A stretch of 64,000 bases of DNA from Octopus sinensis (GCF_006345805.1 NC_043003.1:53940001-54004000), one strand, 5' to 3'. Counted from the stretch's first letter, positions 14,811 to 29,416 are shown. Notes: a model not told the origin generated them from the letters alone. Numbers and translations are program-made.

Positions 14811-15228
14811 GGTAGCAAGCTGGCAGAATCGTTGGCCCACCTGGTAAAACGTTTAGCAGTATTTCGTCTGCCGTTACGTTTTGAGTTCAAATTCCGCCGA
14901 GGTCGACTTTGCCTTTCATCCTTTCGGGGTCGATAAATTAAGTACCAGTTACGCACTGGTGTCGATGTAATCGGCTTAATCCCTTTGTCTGTCCTTGTTT
15001 GTCCCCTCTATGTTAAAACCTCTTGTGGGCAATAAAGAAATAAGAATCGTTGGCACGACTGGTAAAATGTTTTGTGGCATTTCGTTCGTTTTTACGTTCC
15101 TCGGAGGCCGACTTTACCTTTCATCCTTTTGGGGTCGATAAAATAAGTAACAGTTGAACACAGGTGATGTAATCGACTTACTTCCTATTCCGAAATTGCA
15201 GGTCTTATGCCAAGATTTGAAGCCATTA
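14811..15228 (+). mobile_element. SINE family A (dimeric)
   Basis: GCAAGCTGGCAGAATCGTTGG..GTTCAAATTCCGCCGAGGTCGACTTTGCCTTTCATCC, followed by a second degenerate unit. Confidence 0.85.
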
Positions 15229-15609
15229 TTTAACCATAGAACAGGTTTGATCAAATAAACGCAAAATGAAAACCGTCCTAGCCATGACTATCACGCTTTT
15301 TTCAGCCATATTTATAGTATATTATTCAATGCCTCCACCATTTACAAATAACGATGATTATAAAGTGTAATTTGACGGAGATTTGGTTGCTATTGTTTCT
15401 AGCAGGTCGACTGACCACCTAGAACCCCTCTTTTTGGCATATTTATCAGAACATTTGCCTATCATGAGGCAGTTTAATTCGATTAGCGAACAAAACATTT
15501 TTCTTTATTGTGTCTTTGTGAAATGCCTGGAAATCACTACTCTCTACATTTTATCCCTTAAAAATTCAGGTTTCTTAAGTAAATAAATAATGTATTTTCT
15601 TCTTTTATA

Positions 15610-15656
<47 letters not shown>

Positions 15657-15749
15657 TTTTAAAAAGGACCTACTGTTTACGTCCAGTGTAATTTCCGATA
15701 ATCTCCCTGTGTCACACTTCGTTCCTTTTCACACAAGAAAACACACACA

Positions 15750-15810
<61 letters not shown>

Positions 15811-16114
15811 CACATCACACTCTCTCTCTCACACATACTCAACTGCAAAAGTAAACAATCAAAAGTGCAGATACACGCACATACACATATTTCTCCTGAC
15901 ATATTTTATTGATCGCGGGTTTTTTCATTTTATTTCTTCTTCCTCAACACCAAAGTTCTATAACATACTAAACCAAACTATTCATGTTGCTTCTATGTGG
16001 GCTTCATATCTTCCTTAAAGGTGATAGAACAGGAGAAAGAAGTAGAAACAGCATAGTCAGTGAATACAAGACTGAATCTGAAAGAAACACTGACGTATGT
16101 AAAGATATACATAC

Positions 16115-16169
<55 letters not shown>

Positions 16170-17000
16170 ATATCCATACACACACACACGCACACATACA
16201 CACAAGGAATAAAGGAGAGAGAGAGTGAGAGAGAGAAGAGAGAGAATAAAAAGAAATATAAAAGACAATGGAAAGACGGAAACAAAATGTACATTTGGAA
16301 AATTTCTCTTTGATGTCGATGAAGATATTCGCGATCTTTTCGAAAAGACGTAATAAATACAATTGCTCATACTAAACGCTTTATTTCCTTTGGCCAAACA
16401 CAATAATTCTTTTAACACTAATTTCCACTCTATTGAATCTTCATGTCTGTTAAGGAGTAGAAGTCTTGAAAAAAAAAGCTCCCCTCCCCTCCCCACTCCA
16501 AACAATAACAACAACAACAATAACAACAACAACAGCAACATCAAAATCACCCGACAGAATAAAAGAAAAAAAAAAATTAAACAAAAGATAGCGAGAGAGA
16601 AAAAAAAAAAATGAAACGAAACAAAAATACATTAAACAATATTTATTTTTGTGTTCTTTGGAAATCATTCGATCTTTTGTTCCTCTATACTCCTCTTTCT
16701 TCAAACATAAGATAGCATTTTTTTTTATTGATTGATAACCACGCAGTTCCTCATTGAAAACCATTTCTTCTGCTAACCACACCCCACCCCCTTTACACAC
16801 ATTTTTCACGACAATTCTAAAACGAAAGAAAAAAGGTATTGATTGGAATTATCATCATTACTATAACAGTAATTTTTATTATAACAGTAATTATTATTAT
16901 TATTGTTGTTGTTGTTGTTGTTGCTGCTGTGGCGGTGGCTGTTGTTGTTGTTGTTGTTGTGTTGTGGTTGTTGGTGTTGCTACTGTTGTTCTTGTTATTT
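15610..17000. repeat. Low-complexity cluster: (GT)n, (CA)n, (TA)n, (GA)n, (AAC)n, (TGT)n
   Basis: Directly visible; source of the spurious poly-N/C/V ORFs. Confidence 0.9.
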
Positions 17001-17576
17001 AAAGACTACAGACATGATGCTTCGAGCTCCACGCATTTTGGCATGCTAGTTAGGATAAAGCAATGGAGAGTGAAAAATGTTTCTGCATTTGCGGTTTTAT
17101 TTATTTATTTTTTTTTTTACCTTGTTCATATGGTTGTTGTTTTGTTTTGTTTCGGAAATTAAAGTACCAAAGAACTGTAACAGTAGATTAGATTATTAAC
17201 AGGGTTTGCTCTGGTGAATGCCTTGCTATTTTCTTTTGTCGCCTAGCTGACTGACATTGCTGGTGAGTTAGAGTGAGAGAAAAAAAAAACAAAAAAAAAA
17301 AAACAGAAGAAAAAGAAACATACTGTGATAGTTACTCCAGTTTATTGTCGAAAGATGAAATCACTTTTGACACGCCAGGTTATTGGAAAGAGCCAAGTAG
17401 CTTGGTTGTAATTCTAATGCGAACGCCTTGTTACACAGCCACAATGCTAGTTGATGTCAATAACAACACATACAACAGCACAACACAAGATGCCCAATGT
17501 GACCGTATGCGGAAGTGAAACTTTCTAGAAATAGCAATCAAGGTCCTCTCAAAGCATAGTTAATTGGGAGAAATTT

Positions 17577-17911
17577 ATTCTTTATTTATGCGCCCTTTTC
17601 AAGCGTAGCCAAGCTCATGGGCCCGGTTTCTCGGTTTCTCGGTTTCTATGACGTATGTGTCCCCCCACCACCAGCTAGATGAGACGCCAGTCCAACGCAG
17701 CGTTACTCAAGAAACAGGAAGAAAGAGTGAGAGAAAGTTGGGGCGAAAGAGTACAACAGAGGTCGCCACCACCCCCTGCCGGAGACTCGTGGAGCTATAT
17801 GTGTTTTCGCTCAATAAACACACACACACACAACGCCCGGTCAGGGAATCGAAACCGCGATCCTCCGACCGCGAGTCCGCTGCCCTAACCACTGGGCCAT
17901 TGCGCCTCCAC
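17577..17911 (-). mobile_element. SINE family C, full length with TSD
   Basis: Head GGAGGCGCAATGGCCCAGTGGTTAGGGCAGCGG and an (AAAT) tail. AATTGGGAGAAA is duplicated on both sides. The central GCTGCG..GGACTGGCGTC..ATCTAG..AGAAACCG block resembles the Meta-SINE domain (recalled). Confidence 0.9.
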
Positions 17912-18084
17912 AAATTGGGAGAAAGCATATTCAATAACACCAGTCTAGATGCATACTGTTTGAAAATGAATTAGAAGAAAGGTCAATCAAGACTTGAATG
18001 CTTTTGATCATAAGTTTACTCATCGAAAGCTCTCTTCCACCAGGAACGCTACGGTTAAATGTGAAAAATAATCCATCAATACTG

Positions 18085-18400
18085 ACCAGATCATGCTGGT
18101 ATCAAGTTCACAAGTCATCCAAAGTTTGGTCCCAGAACCATGGGTCTCCTACAAAATCGAACTCACATCATTTAACATTGTGACATAACATTCTATCTCA
18201 ACTGGTCCTGTATTATTCAAATTTATTCTGGAAGAAATCAAAGAGAAAATGACTCCTAAAATATTCAAACAGTACCTGGACAAATTTCTCCTAGAAATAT
18301 ACAGAAAAAAGAAGTCACAGTTCCAACATCCAGATATATCTTGGCAAAGAACTATCTCCTCGAGTGAGCTATAATGTTCAGAAACATGAAATGTGGTGTA
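18085..18400 (+). mobile_element. CR1/L2-group LINE 3' fragment (decayed)
   Basis: Translates to GPVLFKFILEEIKEKMTPKIFKQYLDKFLLEI, like the CR1 ORF2 C-terminus (GP.LFN.LP..I....FK..LDKFL). Confidence 0.6.
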
Positions 18401-18754
18401 AGCTAATATTGGCAAAATCCTGTGTCTGATCGATTGGAGGTAGTGCAGATTTTCTCAATCAAAGCTCTCCGGAACTACTGGGTCGCGGTTTACCTGAGTC
18501 TGTTTATTCAGAGTGGTAGTAATAAACGCACTTCTAGTGCAAACAACATTTTGCCGAGACATTTTTTCCTACGTCTCTTCGGAAAGAGTGTATAAGCACT
18601 AACAATTACTGAAGTCGATACGAGATACCATGCGTTCGCTCAACCTTATAGAAATAGCGGTCTAGTCTTTCTCATGATGGTGTTGGATAATTATCAAAAC
18701 ACCTCAGAAACATACACAATAAAACTTTGAACAATGCTGTTCTAGATATAAAAA

Positions 18755-18971
18755 ATAAATGCACCGTTTTAAAGGCCTAGCCAAGCTCATGGGCCCGGTT
18801 TCCCAGTTTCCCAGTTTCAATGGTGTATGTGTTCCCAAGCTGAGTGGACAGGAGCAACGTGAAATAAAGTGTTTTGCTCAAGAACACAACGCGTCGCCCG
18901 GTCCAGGAATCGAAACCACAATCTTACGATCATTATGCTGACACCCTAACCACTAAGCCACGCGCCTCCAC
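18755..18971 (-). mobile_element. SINE related to family C, with TSD
   Basis: Minus head GGAGGCGCGTGGCTTAGTGGTTAGGGTG and a tail shared with family C. CTGTTCTAGATATA is duplicated at 18737 and 18971. Confidence 0.85.
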
Positions 18972-19045
18972 TGTTCTAGATATACTTAATCTAAACAAAA
19001 TACCATAGTAACAGCTGAACCATGTTAATCATAGATCTATTAGAC

Positions 19046-19498
19046 TTACTCTTTTACTCTTTTTACTCTTTTACTTGTTTCAGTCATTTGACTGCGGCCA
19101 TGCTGGAGCACCACCTTTAGTCGAGCAAATCGACCCCGGGACTTATTCTTTTTAAGCCCAGTACTTATTCTATCGGTCTCTTTTGCCGAACCGCTAAGTG
19201 ACGGGGACGTAAACACACCAGCATCGGTTGCCACACACACATACACATATATACATATATATACACATATATACACATATATACACATATATACATATAT
19301 ATACACATATATACATATATATACGCATATATACGACAGGCTTCTTCCAGTTTTCGTCTACCAAATCCACACACAAGGCATTGGTCGGCCCGGGGCTATA
19401 GCAGAAGATACTTGCCCAAGATGCCACGCAGTGGGACTGAACCCGGAACCATGTGGTTGGTTAGCAAGCTACTTACCACACAGCCACTCCTGCGCCTA
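19046..19498 (-). mobile_element. SINE family B, full length
   Basis: tRNA-like head on the minus strand, internal (TACA/TA) tract and an (AGTAAAAG)n tail. Confidence 0.9.
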
Positions 19499-19687
19499 TG
19501 AGGTTTTTAGTCTTGACTGTATTATATGTTACAACTTCCCAATAACGAAAGGGTGGATATGAACTCAGAACGTACAGGAAGGTAACTAAAAACTATGAGA
19601 TTATTAGTGCTTAGCTCCCTGTCAACATTGATCAACAGACGTATGATCAAAAGCATTCCAGTAGTGATGCTGAGGTTTAATATTCCT

Positions 19688-20062
19688 TTCTACTATAGAG
19701 ACACAAAGCCTGAAATTATTGGGGGAGGGAAAATCGATTGAATTAACTCTAGCACTCGACTGGTACTTATTTTATCTAACCCCAAAGGATGAAATGCAAA
19801 GTGGGCCTCGACAGAATTTGAACTCAGAACATAAAGACGAAAGAAATGCAGCTAAGCCTCTTACACGGCTTGCTAATGGTTCTGCCAACTCGCCGCCTAA
19901 ATCTTTTCTACCAAGCCTGAGCTTTTGGGTAGGTACAGTAGTCGATTACATCAGGTCCGTGTTCAACTGATAGTGGTTCCACTTCGGTGGAACTTGAACT
20001 CAGAAGCAGAAGGCGGATTAAATGCCGCTAAGCATTTTTGTTCGGCCAGCTAGCCATTCTGT
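19688..20062 (-). mobile_element. SINE family A, degenerate copies
   Basis: TGGTACTTATTTTATC..CCCAAAGGATGAAA..GAATTTGAACTCAGAAC..CTGCCAACTCGCCGCC. Confidence 0.75.
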
Positions 20063-22212
20063 CATATAATTGGAACTAGTCGAAAAGGAAATTATTATTA
20101 AATTATACATCAAGATGTGAGTTGTTGATCAAATCTAATTTCATCCCTTTGATCATAGGTGGGCCATCTATGACTCCTGCACCTATACGTGATCTGTTAA
20201 GTATGGACGAGAATGTGAAACCTGGACAGTGAACTAGAACAAAAAACACACCGCAATTCTGGGCCAGAGCTCATAGTGTTGAATGAATTACCTGATAATA
20301 TTTTCAATACTATGTCTTACTCTAGAGTATAACTACAGGTTTTCTTAGCCGCCAGTGCATTCGCAAATGCAGTGGCCGGCTAAATATTTTCCTGTTGTAT
20401 CAGTTGAGCGCTAGGGTCAATGTAATCGAATTTCTCATCCCTTCAAAACTGCTGGCCTCGAGCCATAATTAGAAAAGAATTCTCAACATGATTTCATTGC
20501 GTCGAAGCAATACTGAAGTCAATGGAAGCCATTTGATGTGTCGGTGGTTATTGACAGCTGAAAGATATATTTCATATTTTTTAAAACCCTTGTCATATTT
20601 CTGATATCTCCTACATACAGAATCTCCGACACTGCTACCTTCATGACGAATCTTATCCGAGAAAAGCTTCTTAAAGGACTTTGGCCTAATTTAAAGTGAA
20701 AGCAAAATATCACTGATCGGCTTTAAATAAAATTTAACCAAAACAAAACAAAAAAAAAAAAGAAAAACGTAATCAACAAATTCCTTCTATTGACTTCCTC
20801 AGTTTTCTAAGGAAGAAAAAATATCCCAGAAAGACAGAAGTAATGGAGAAAGAAACAAAGAAACAAAGCAATGTGTGAGTGAGTGTGTGTCTGTGCGCGC
20901 GCATGTGTGTATGAATATGAGTATGTGTATGTGTGTGTATGTGTGTGTACATATGACGCTAACAATGTGATTGCTAATACTAGCTGTAAATATTGATTAA
21001 TTTTAGCGGGAATATAACATAGAGATAAGCTCCTAGTGACACAAGACCGAGGCTGAGACTTAAGTTCGATCTGCAGTTTCATGAATTATGCCAACGCGCA
21101 TAAATGATCATGGACCCCCTACTCCAACAACTCAACACATTATTGGGTCAATATTTTTGTACCCAACCATTAAGGCCATCGAGTATTTTCCTTTTCTCTT
21201 GGAATTCTTCAGCGTCAGTCCTTCAGTTTTTTTTTGTAATTAACTCTAAGCATTGAAGGTGTTTGCTTTTCATATGATGGCCAAGTTTTAAAGTGAGATG
21301 CTCTTAGTCGTGAGCGAATGGACTGAATCTGAAAAAGTTATCTGATGATGGCCTGGTGGTTCAACAACATTGTGTGTGTGGTGTGTGTGTGTGTGTGTGC
21401 AAGGCCAACACAATGGGTTGGTACTGAAGAGAAAACAACAGAGAAAGACGGGCAAGTACACCCATAACACTTTCTATGCCCTCCAAGACAGATGGAACTA
21501 AGAGTAGAAGATATTTTCAGATAGGAAACCTTATTCAAAAGCACTAGCTAAAGGTATCTAGTCGTGGTGTAACACCGGGCTGCAGATTAAGTTTACAAAG
21601 ATGGCTCCTCCAACGGGTTCCCATCACATTTTCCGACAAGCAAATTTTACTCATAAGGATTTGGTTGACATGTATAGTAAAAGACAAATAATCAAAATAT
21701 GGTGCACTAGCATAAAAATGCAGTTCATCTTTTCTTTGCATTTTTGTGATTCTTCTTTCCTCCCCAAAACTTAAATGCCTTTTATGCTGAATGTTCGGCG
21801 GTGGTTTGTATGCAGACGATATGGAAACGAACATTTGCTACTGAATACACAGAAAAGAATTTAAAAAAAAAAAATCGTTTTTAGTATTAAGGCTTTTGAG
21901 TATGAGGTTTCTCTCAACTATACAGAAACAGCAATTTTTGCCATATTTCTGTTTGGTCTGCATCTCTCGAGGTTATTTCCTTTCAGGTTGGTATCAATTC
22001 TTTCAAGCTCCTTATAGAATTGGATAGCTTTATATTAATCTACTTTGATATATTTCAGAAGGATAAAGTATGGTTGAAGTATCGTTGAGCGAATTTTAAT
22101 TCAGCCATAGTTGCAGACGATTTTATGCAGTATGAGGAGGTTTGTTGTGGTGGGAAGAGTAGTCTCAGCTTCATATAAAATCGATTCAGCGTAACGTAAC
22201 AGGACACGCAAG

Positions 22213-22319
<107 letters not shown>

Positions 22320-22477
22320 ACTGGCCATAAATTCAACCGCATATATTAGCCAAACATATCTAGGCACCTCGGCACACAAACGAAGGCTTTACACTAATTA
22401 CAAAATCCTATACACGCTACCATATATGAAAAGTTACTCGAAAATTTTGCGCACAGAAACGCGTATGCAGACCCATG

Positions 22478-22891
22478 TTCTTTTATTCTTTTACTCTTTT
22501 ACTTGTTTCAGTCAATTGACTGCGGCCATGCTAGAGCACCACTTTTAGTCAAACAGATCACTTATTCTTTGTAAGCCTAGTGCTTATTCTATCGGTTCCG
22601 TTTTGCCGGACCGCTAAGTTACGGGGATATAAGCACACCAGCAGCGCTTGTTAAGCGATGGTGGTGGTGGTGGTGGGGGGCAAAGACACACACACACACA
22701 AATACATATATACATATATACATATATATACGACAGGCTTCTTTCAGTTTCCGTCTACCAAATAATCCACTCACAAGGCTTTAGTCGCCCCGAAGCTATA
22801 GTAGAAGACACTTGCTTAAGGCTCCACGCAGTGGGACTGAACCCAGAACAACGTGGCTGGGAAGAAAGCTTCTCACCACACACCCACGCCT
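22478..22891 (-). mobile_element. SINE family B
   Basis: Homologous over its length to 19046-19498. Confidence 0.85.
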
Positions 22892-23311
22892 ATATTATAC
22901 ATATATCTTACATATATACCCAAACACGCATGGAAATTGGCCCGTTCAGACTAGCACCATAACGCTACAACAAATACACAAACGAACATACACTAAATCC
23001 AGTGGCATATTTTAAACAAAAGACCCCACACCTAGAAACATGCACAATAAAAATATCAATGGATATATTCATTCTAAAATTAACCTTATACATATATTCA
23101 CGCTTGGACCTACACTAGTTATAATTATGGGGCCAGCGAGTTCACGTTAGCTGGTGGATATCGGACATGTGCGCATGGATATGCACAACGCATATGAATT
23201 ACATGCCCTTGATGACATAAGCCTGCTAGTTATTATTGATGACGTAAGCCTGCCGTAACGGACTGAGCTCTATAAATGGCTGTTTGAACATAAAATATTG
23301 TAGAGGAGGAA

Positions 23312-24015
23312 GGCAGCGAGCTTGCAGAAACGGGTGAAATGCTTAGCGGTATTTCGTCTGTCGTTACGTTGTGAGTTCAAATTCCGCCGAGGTCGACTTT
23401 GCCTTTCATCCTTTCGGGGTCGATAAATTAAGTACCAGCTACGCACTGGGGTCGATGTAATCAACTTAATACCTATGTCTGTCGTTGTTTGTCCCCTCTA
23501 TGTTTAGCCTCTTGTGGGTAATAAAGAAATAGGTATTTCGTCTGCTGCTACGTTCTGAATTCCGCCGAGGTCGACTTTGCTTTCATCCTTCCGGGGTCGA
23601 TTAAATAAGTACCAGTTACGCACTGGGGTCGATATAATCGACTTAATCCTTTTGTCTGTCCTTGTTTGTCCTCTCTGTGTTTAGCCCCTTGTGGGTAGTA
23701 AAGAAATAGGTATTTCGTCTGCCGTTACGTTCTGAATTCCGCCGAGGTCGACTTTGCATTTCATCCTTCGGGGGTCGATAAATTAAGTACCAATTATGCA
23801 CTGATGTCGATATAATCGACTTAATCCGTCTGTCTGTCCTTGTTTGTCTCCTCTGTGTTTAGCCCCTTGTGGGTAGTAAAGAAATAGGTATTTCGTCTCT
23901 CTTTAACGTCCATTCTTTCAGGGTCAGTAAATTAAGTACCTGTTGCGTACTGGGGTCGATCTAATCCACTGGCTTCCCGCCCCAAACTTCGTGCCTTGTG
24001 CCTAGAGTAGAGAAG
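23312..24015 (+). mobile_element. SINE family A with four internal ~180-bp units and an 18-bp TSD
   Basis: GTATTTCGTCT recurs four times. AATATTGTAGAGGAGGAA lies at 23294-23311 and 24016-24033. Confidence 0.92.
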
Positions 24016-24268
24016 AATATTGTAGAGGAGGAATTTCCGACAGGGGTGCCCAAATTCTCCGTGAGTGCGTGATAGCATGTCAGGGGTTGCAACAGAAAGG
24101 GAAAATATGAACTATATTAAAATCGCTTTTCAAAGTAAAATGTTTAACTGTCTTAAAACTTGCTTACATTAAGCACACCGCTCACATTATTTCCTTTACA
24201 CAACACCGTTTGTGATTCAGTTAAAAAGAAAAAAAAGAGTTACTGGAAACTCTTTTACCTGTTCGTTC

Positions 24269-24269
<1 letters not shown>

Positions 24270-24301
<32 letters not shown>

Positions 24302-24325
24302 TACTACTACTACTACTGCTGCTAT

Positions 24326-24365
<40 letters not shown>

Positions 24366-24378
24366 GATGCTGCTACTG

Positions 24379-24418
<40 letters not shown>

Positions 24419-24651
24419 ATAAACATATGAAAATTCTAAGGTGTGCGCAGCTGTCTCTCTATACTATGTTACACTCACATAGATACACATACACAGACAC
24501 ATACACTCACACAGGTATGTATGTGTATATATGTTTAGGAATACATATTATTCTATATCTGTCTGTCTATCTGTCTGCTTGACTATGTATGTATGCATGC
24601 ATGTATGTATGTATGTATGTATGTATGTATGTATGTATGTATGTATGTATG

Positions 24652-24692
<41 letters not shown>

Positions 24693-24700
24693 GTGTGTGT
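24270..24700. repeat. (CTA)n/(CTG)n, (TATG)n and (TATC)n microsatellites
   Basis: Directly visible. Confidence 0.95.
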
Positions 24701-24988
24701 GTCTATGTATATATTTATTTGTGTGTGTCTATAATATGTATAAATGTATATGTGCGTATGTATTATATTATTCTTTAATTAGTTTCAGCCAATGAACAGT
24801 GGTCGTGATCTGTTAGTACCTATAAAGGTATAGTTGTTTATATCGATTGCAGTATTTCTTTTGTCAATCTCGGACGAAATGAAAGCAAATTACCCCTACA
24901 CACACACACACACACACACCACACACACACACACGGGTGTTATTTGTATGAATGTATGTTTCTCTCTCTCTCTATACATATGTATATA

Positions 24989-25045
<57 letters not shown>

Positions 25046-25523
25046 ACACACACATGCATATATACACACACACGCACATATACATACACAGAATGAGTGA
25101 GAGAGAGAGAATCTCTATTTGCACCGCCTAACATTCATACACATATATGTGTGTGTGTGTCTCTGTATATAAACATACATATATATATATATATAGATGT
25201 ATGCATATATCTCAGTATGTGTGTGTGTGTGTGTCCGTATTTACTTAGATACGTCATTTGCCTGGGGCATTAGAAATAACACAGGAATTCTATTATTTTT
25301 CTCTTAATTCTTAAGTTAAAGTCAAGGAAGTTCTTCCAATTCATTGAGATAATTAGATACAAATGATTTTTATGGTCTATTAATAAATTTCTTTTACAGA
25401 TTTTTCACTATCTTTATTTTTGTGTTTTGTCGAACGTTCTCGGTTTAAATAGACTCTATTTAAATATCTCATCTCGTTAAAGAATTAATGAATAATTTTC
25501 ACTGCATACACACATACATGAAT

Positions 25524-25574
<51 letters not shown>

Positions 25575-25824
25575 CATGTTCGTGTGTGTGTGAGTGTGTA
25601 AGTGTGTGTGTTTTATGCGTATTCTTTTATTTTTATTCTTTTACTTGGACAGCGGCCATCACTCTTACACAAAGGACAGAAGACGGTGTCAAAAGACGAA
25701 AATAAACAATATTTATAAATGAAATGGTTCGTGACAATCGGTCGGATATTTCATTTAGCTATTGTAAGAGAAAATTCCGGTTGATTTTCATGTATAATTT
25801 CTTTACAACTACTACTACTGGGTT

Positions 25825-26483
25825 TTAAACCTTGACATAGGCCAGCAGTTTCTGAGGAAAGGGAGTGAAATCGACTGCATCGACACCAGTACTTTACTGG
25901 TACTTATTCTTTTTGACCCCGGAAAGATGAAAGGCAAAGGGGATCTCGGCAGGTTTTGCAGCAGTCAGAATGTTAAGACGAACGAAATGCCGCTAAGTGT
26001 CTTGTCCGGCATGCTAGTGGTTTTGTCAGCTTGTTGTCCAAATCTTTTCCAATATAGGCACAAGGCCTGAAATATTAGGGAAGTGGAGTAATCGATTACA
26101 TCAATTAAGTGCTCAACTGGTACTTATTTTATCGACCCCGAAAAGATCAAAGGTAAAGTCGATTTCGGTGGAACTTTGAAATCAGAAGGTAAAGGCGGAC
26201 AAAATGCTGCTAAGCATTTTAACCGGCTTGCTAACGATTCTGCCAGCTCCCCGCCTCAATGAAAACAACAACAATAATAATAGCTTCAAACTTTGGCACA
26301 AGGCCAGCAATTTTGGGGGAGGAGGATAGCTGATTACATCAACCCCAATGCTCAATCGGTACTTATTTTTTCGATCCCGAAAAGGATGAAAGGTAAATCG
26401 ACCTTGGCGGAATTTGAACTCAGGGCATAAGGATGGACGAGATGCTGCTAAGCATTTTTCTCGGCGTGTTAATGATTCTGCCA
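25825..26483 (-). mobile_element. Three adjacent degenerate SINE family A copies
   Basis: Three GGTACTTATT..GACCCCGAAA..GATGAAAGG..AAGTCGA blocks. Confidence 0.8.
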
Positions 26484-27417
26484 CAAAATGTTTAAAAAAA
26501 AAAAATTACCCTGTAGGTGGATACCTCTGAGGGCAACTCGTGAAGATCTCATAAAAACCACTGAAACAAATTTCTTATCACAGGCCTGTTCACTCCGAAC
26601 ATGCTCACCGCTCTCATCCACCTTTCAATAGATTTAATGCTTTTATTATTGTCGTTGTTGATGTTACTGTTGCTGGTTATGTCACATGTGGGGTTCTCTA
26701 TAGCTGTGGTTTACTGTTACGTAGTCTTATTCAGGCTACATCGATATGCTTATCTACATTAGTAATACATTAGCTTATTCTCATTAATCAAGTTGGTAAT
26801 TTATGTCGCATTCTTGAGAATAATGTTGCTGCAGATTTGCAATGAAGATTCTTCTCCCACATGGTGTTAGAAAGTTGCTTTGTATCGATTATGATGTGCT
26901 GGGTATATTGGCTATGAAGATTCAATTGTGTCGACGAATAAATCTTCACCAAAGAAAATATTCTTTGGTCATATCTACTGACATCGCCAGCTGTTTCAGG
27001 ATATGAAACTTCTCAGTCAATCATAGACTACAGCTTCTTGTACCATTCGTATATGGAGTGGAATTGGCCACGTTATTACAAGTTATGGGTGTCTAGAAAA
27101 CAAATCTGTCCCAACAAATTATAATTGTATTGTTGGTATTTAAACGTTTGTGATAGTTGAGCGTAGTTAGAAAATGGAATATTATTAGAGATAAAAGTTT
27201 TTGAATGTATTGGGTTATATATTTATTTATTTAATACTTATTTAAGCAAGCTCTACACGCGTCAGCAAAACGTACCGTTTACTGTTTTACTACAAAACCG
27301 AACATATCCTTTCGGATCCCGTGAAAGGCAAGTTTAGTGTTCGTGGGCGACAACGCCAAAAAACACAGAAATGCATGCGTCGTACAATCCAGTACATCAT
27401 GAGTGTTTATAACATTC

Positions 27418-27452
<35 letters not shown>

Positions 27453-27484
27453 CACACACACACACACATACACACACACACATG

Positions 27485-27520
<36 letters not shown>

Positions 27521-28089
27521 AACACACACACACACAAGATCACAGAGTGAGAGGGAGTGAGAGAGACAGAGGGAGTCGCTTAAACTACTTAAATATTTAA
27601 CGAGTAGTAGTTACTGCTTTTACTTATCTACATATGAGCTCACACGCTGGAAGCGTTTGTTACTTGACTAACGTACCGAGACAGTGTTTGTGTGAATAAA
27701 CTGTAAATAATTTAACATATATCATAATTTAGTTTAATTAACTTATTTGCAACACACACAGACACTCATACATATATACAAATTTATATGCATGAATATA
27801 TATTATATTTATATATTTATATACTTATATTAATATATATCTACGTACAAAAACATACGTAATTCTCTGTGGGCAACATAAATAGTTATTCCGTGACTAC
27901 ATAATAGTAGTACTGTAAAGCAATTTTGTTGACAAAGCATAAATCAAAGAGTCAAAGAAAATGTTTGAAAATTGGAAATATTTTGAGCATCGCTACTTAT
28001 TATATATGAATACATACATACATTCGTACATATCATTGTATCTGTCTGTCTGTATGTATGTATGCATGTATGTCTACATATGTATGTAT

Positions 28090-28410
28090 GTATGTATATA
28101 TATTTCATATATATTTACACACATATATACATATATATATATGTCTCTCCTCTCTCTCTTTCTATGTGTGTGTGTATATATATTTATATATATATATATA
28201 TCATATATATTTACACATATATACATATATATATGTCTCTCCTCTCTCTCTCCCACTCTCTTTCTATGTGTGTGCATATATATATATATTATATATATAT
28301 ATATGTGTGTATATATATTTATATAAATTCATATATCTTTACACATATATACATATATATAGATGTCTCTCCTCTCTCTCTCCCACACTCTCTCTCTCTT
28401 TCTATATGTA
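28090..28410. repeat. Three ~110-bp tandem copies of a compound microsatellite unit
   Basis: TCATATAT..TTTACACATATATACATATATAT..ATGTCTCTCCTCTCTCTCT..TTCTAT repeated three times. Confidence 0.7.
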
Positions 28411-28413
28411 TAT

Positions 28414-28463
<50 letters not shown>

Positions 28464-28466
<3 letters not shown>

Positions 28467-28840
28467 GGCACGATGGGTGAATTGTCGCCATTTTATATTT
28501 CTACTTTCACGCATGCGAATGATCTGTTTTTGATTTTGTCGACTACACAGTATAGTAGGGTCAGTTGGGCACCGTCTGTGAGAAAAACAGCACTATGACG
28601 CATTCACTCAGCCAGAAATTTGGAAACAACATGCTGTAATACTTGGCATTCGCACCGGAAGATTCAATACGAATATTTAAGAGTAACAGGGTTTCAATCT
28701 GAAGACAGTGCATGTAATGAGAGTGATAAAAATCAAACATCGAGTCAACATCATGGTGTTCGGAGTGATCACTAGTGATGGCAACGTAATGCCTCCATTC
28801 ATCTTTCCACACGGCATCAAACTCAACACGGAAGCCTTCA
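28464..28840 (+). mobile_element. Tc1/mariner-superfamily transposon fragment (left end plus partial transposase)
   Basis: TA|CAGGG end after (TA)n. KHRVNIMVFGVITSDGNVMPPFIFPHGIKLNTEAF resembles the Tc1/maT DDE/D domain segment. Confidence 0.75.
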
Positions 28841-28844
28841 TCAA

Positions 28845-29416
28845 CCGAGAAGGGAACTTCATGGAAAAAAGGTTCTTCTGTCTATCTGGTGGGATTGCAA
28901 AGGAGTAATTCACTTTGAATTGTTATCACCTAATGCAACAATTAATGCTCAAGTCTACTGTCAGCAATTAGAGCATTTGGACCAAGCTTTGGAGGAAAAA
29001 AGACCCACTTTAGTGAATCGAAAAGGAGTGATGTTTGATCGGGACAATGCGCGACCCCACACTGCAAAGATCACATCATAGAAGATCGAAGTGCTTGATT
29101 GGGAAAAAAATTCCTCATCCACCTTATTCTCCTGACCTTGTTCCTTCAGACTACCATATGTTTCGTAGTTTACAGAATCATTTGGAGGACATAACTTTCG
29201 CAAGCCAGGAGGAGGTCGAAACTGACATTCACAGTTCTTCGCTTTGAAACCGAAAGAGTTTTACATTGACGGGATTAAAAAGCTTGTAAATAGATGGAAG
29301 GAAGTCATAGATAATCAGAGAAAGTACATTGATGATTGAATTTTAATTAAATATAACATTTGATCACTTGTTTTCTTTATTCAAAATTCGGACAGAACTT
29401 ATGAGATGATCTAATA
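28845..29416 (+). mobile_element. Mariner (DD34D) transposase 3' half and right TIR, frameshifted
   Basis: KKVLLSIWWDCKGVIHFELL..DNARPHTA..PHPPYSPDLVPSDYHMFRSLQNHL..GIKKLVNRWKEVIDNQRKYIDD*. Ends GAACTTATGAGATGATCTAA|TA. Confidence 0.92.
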
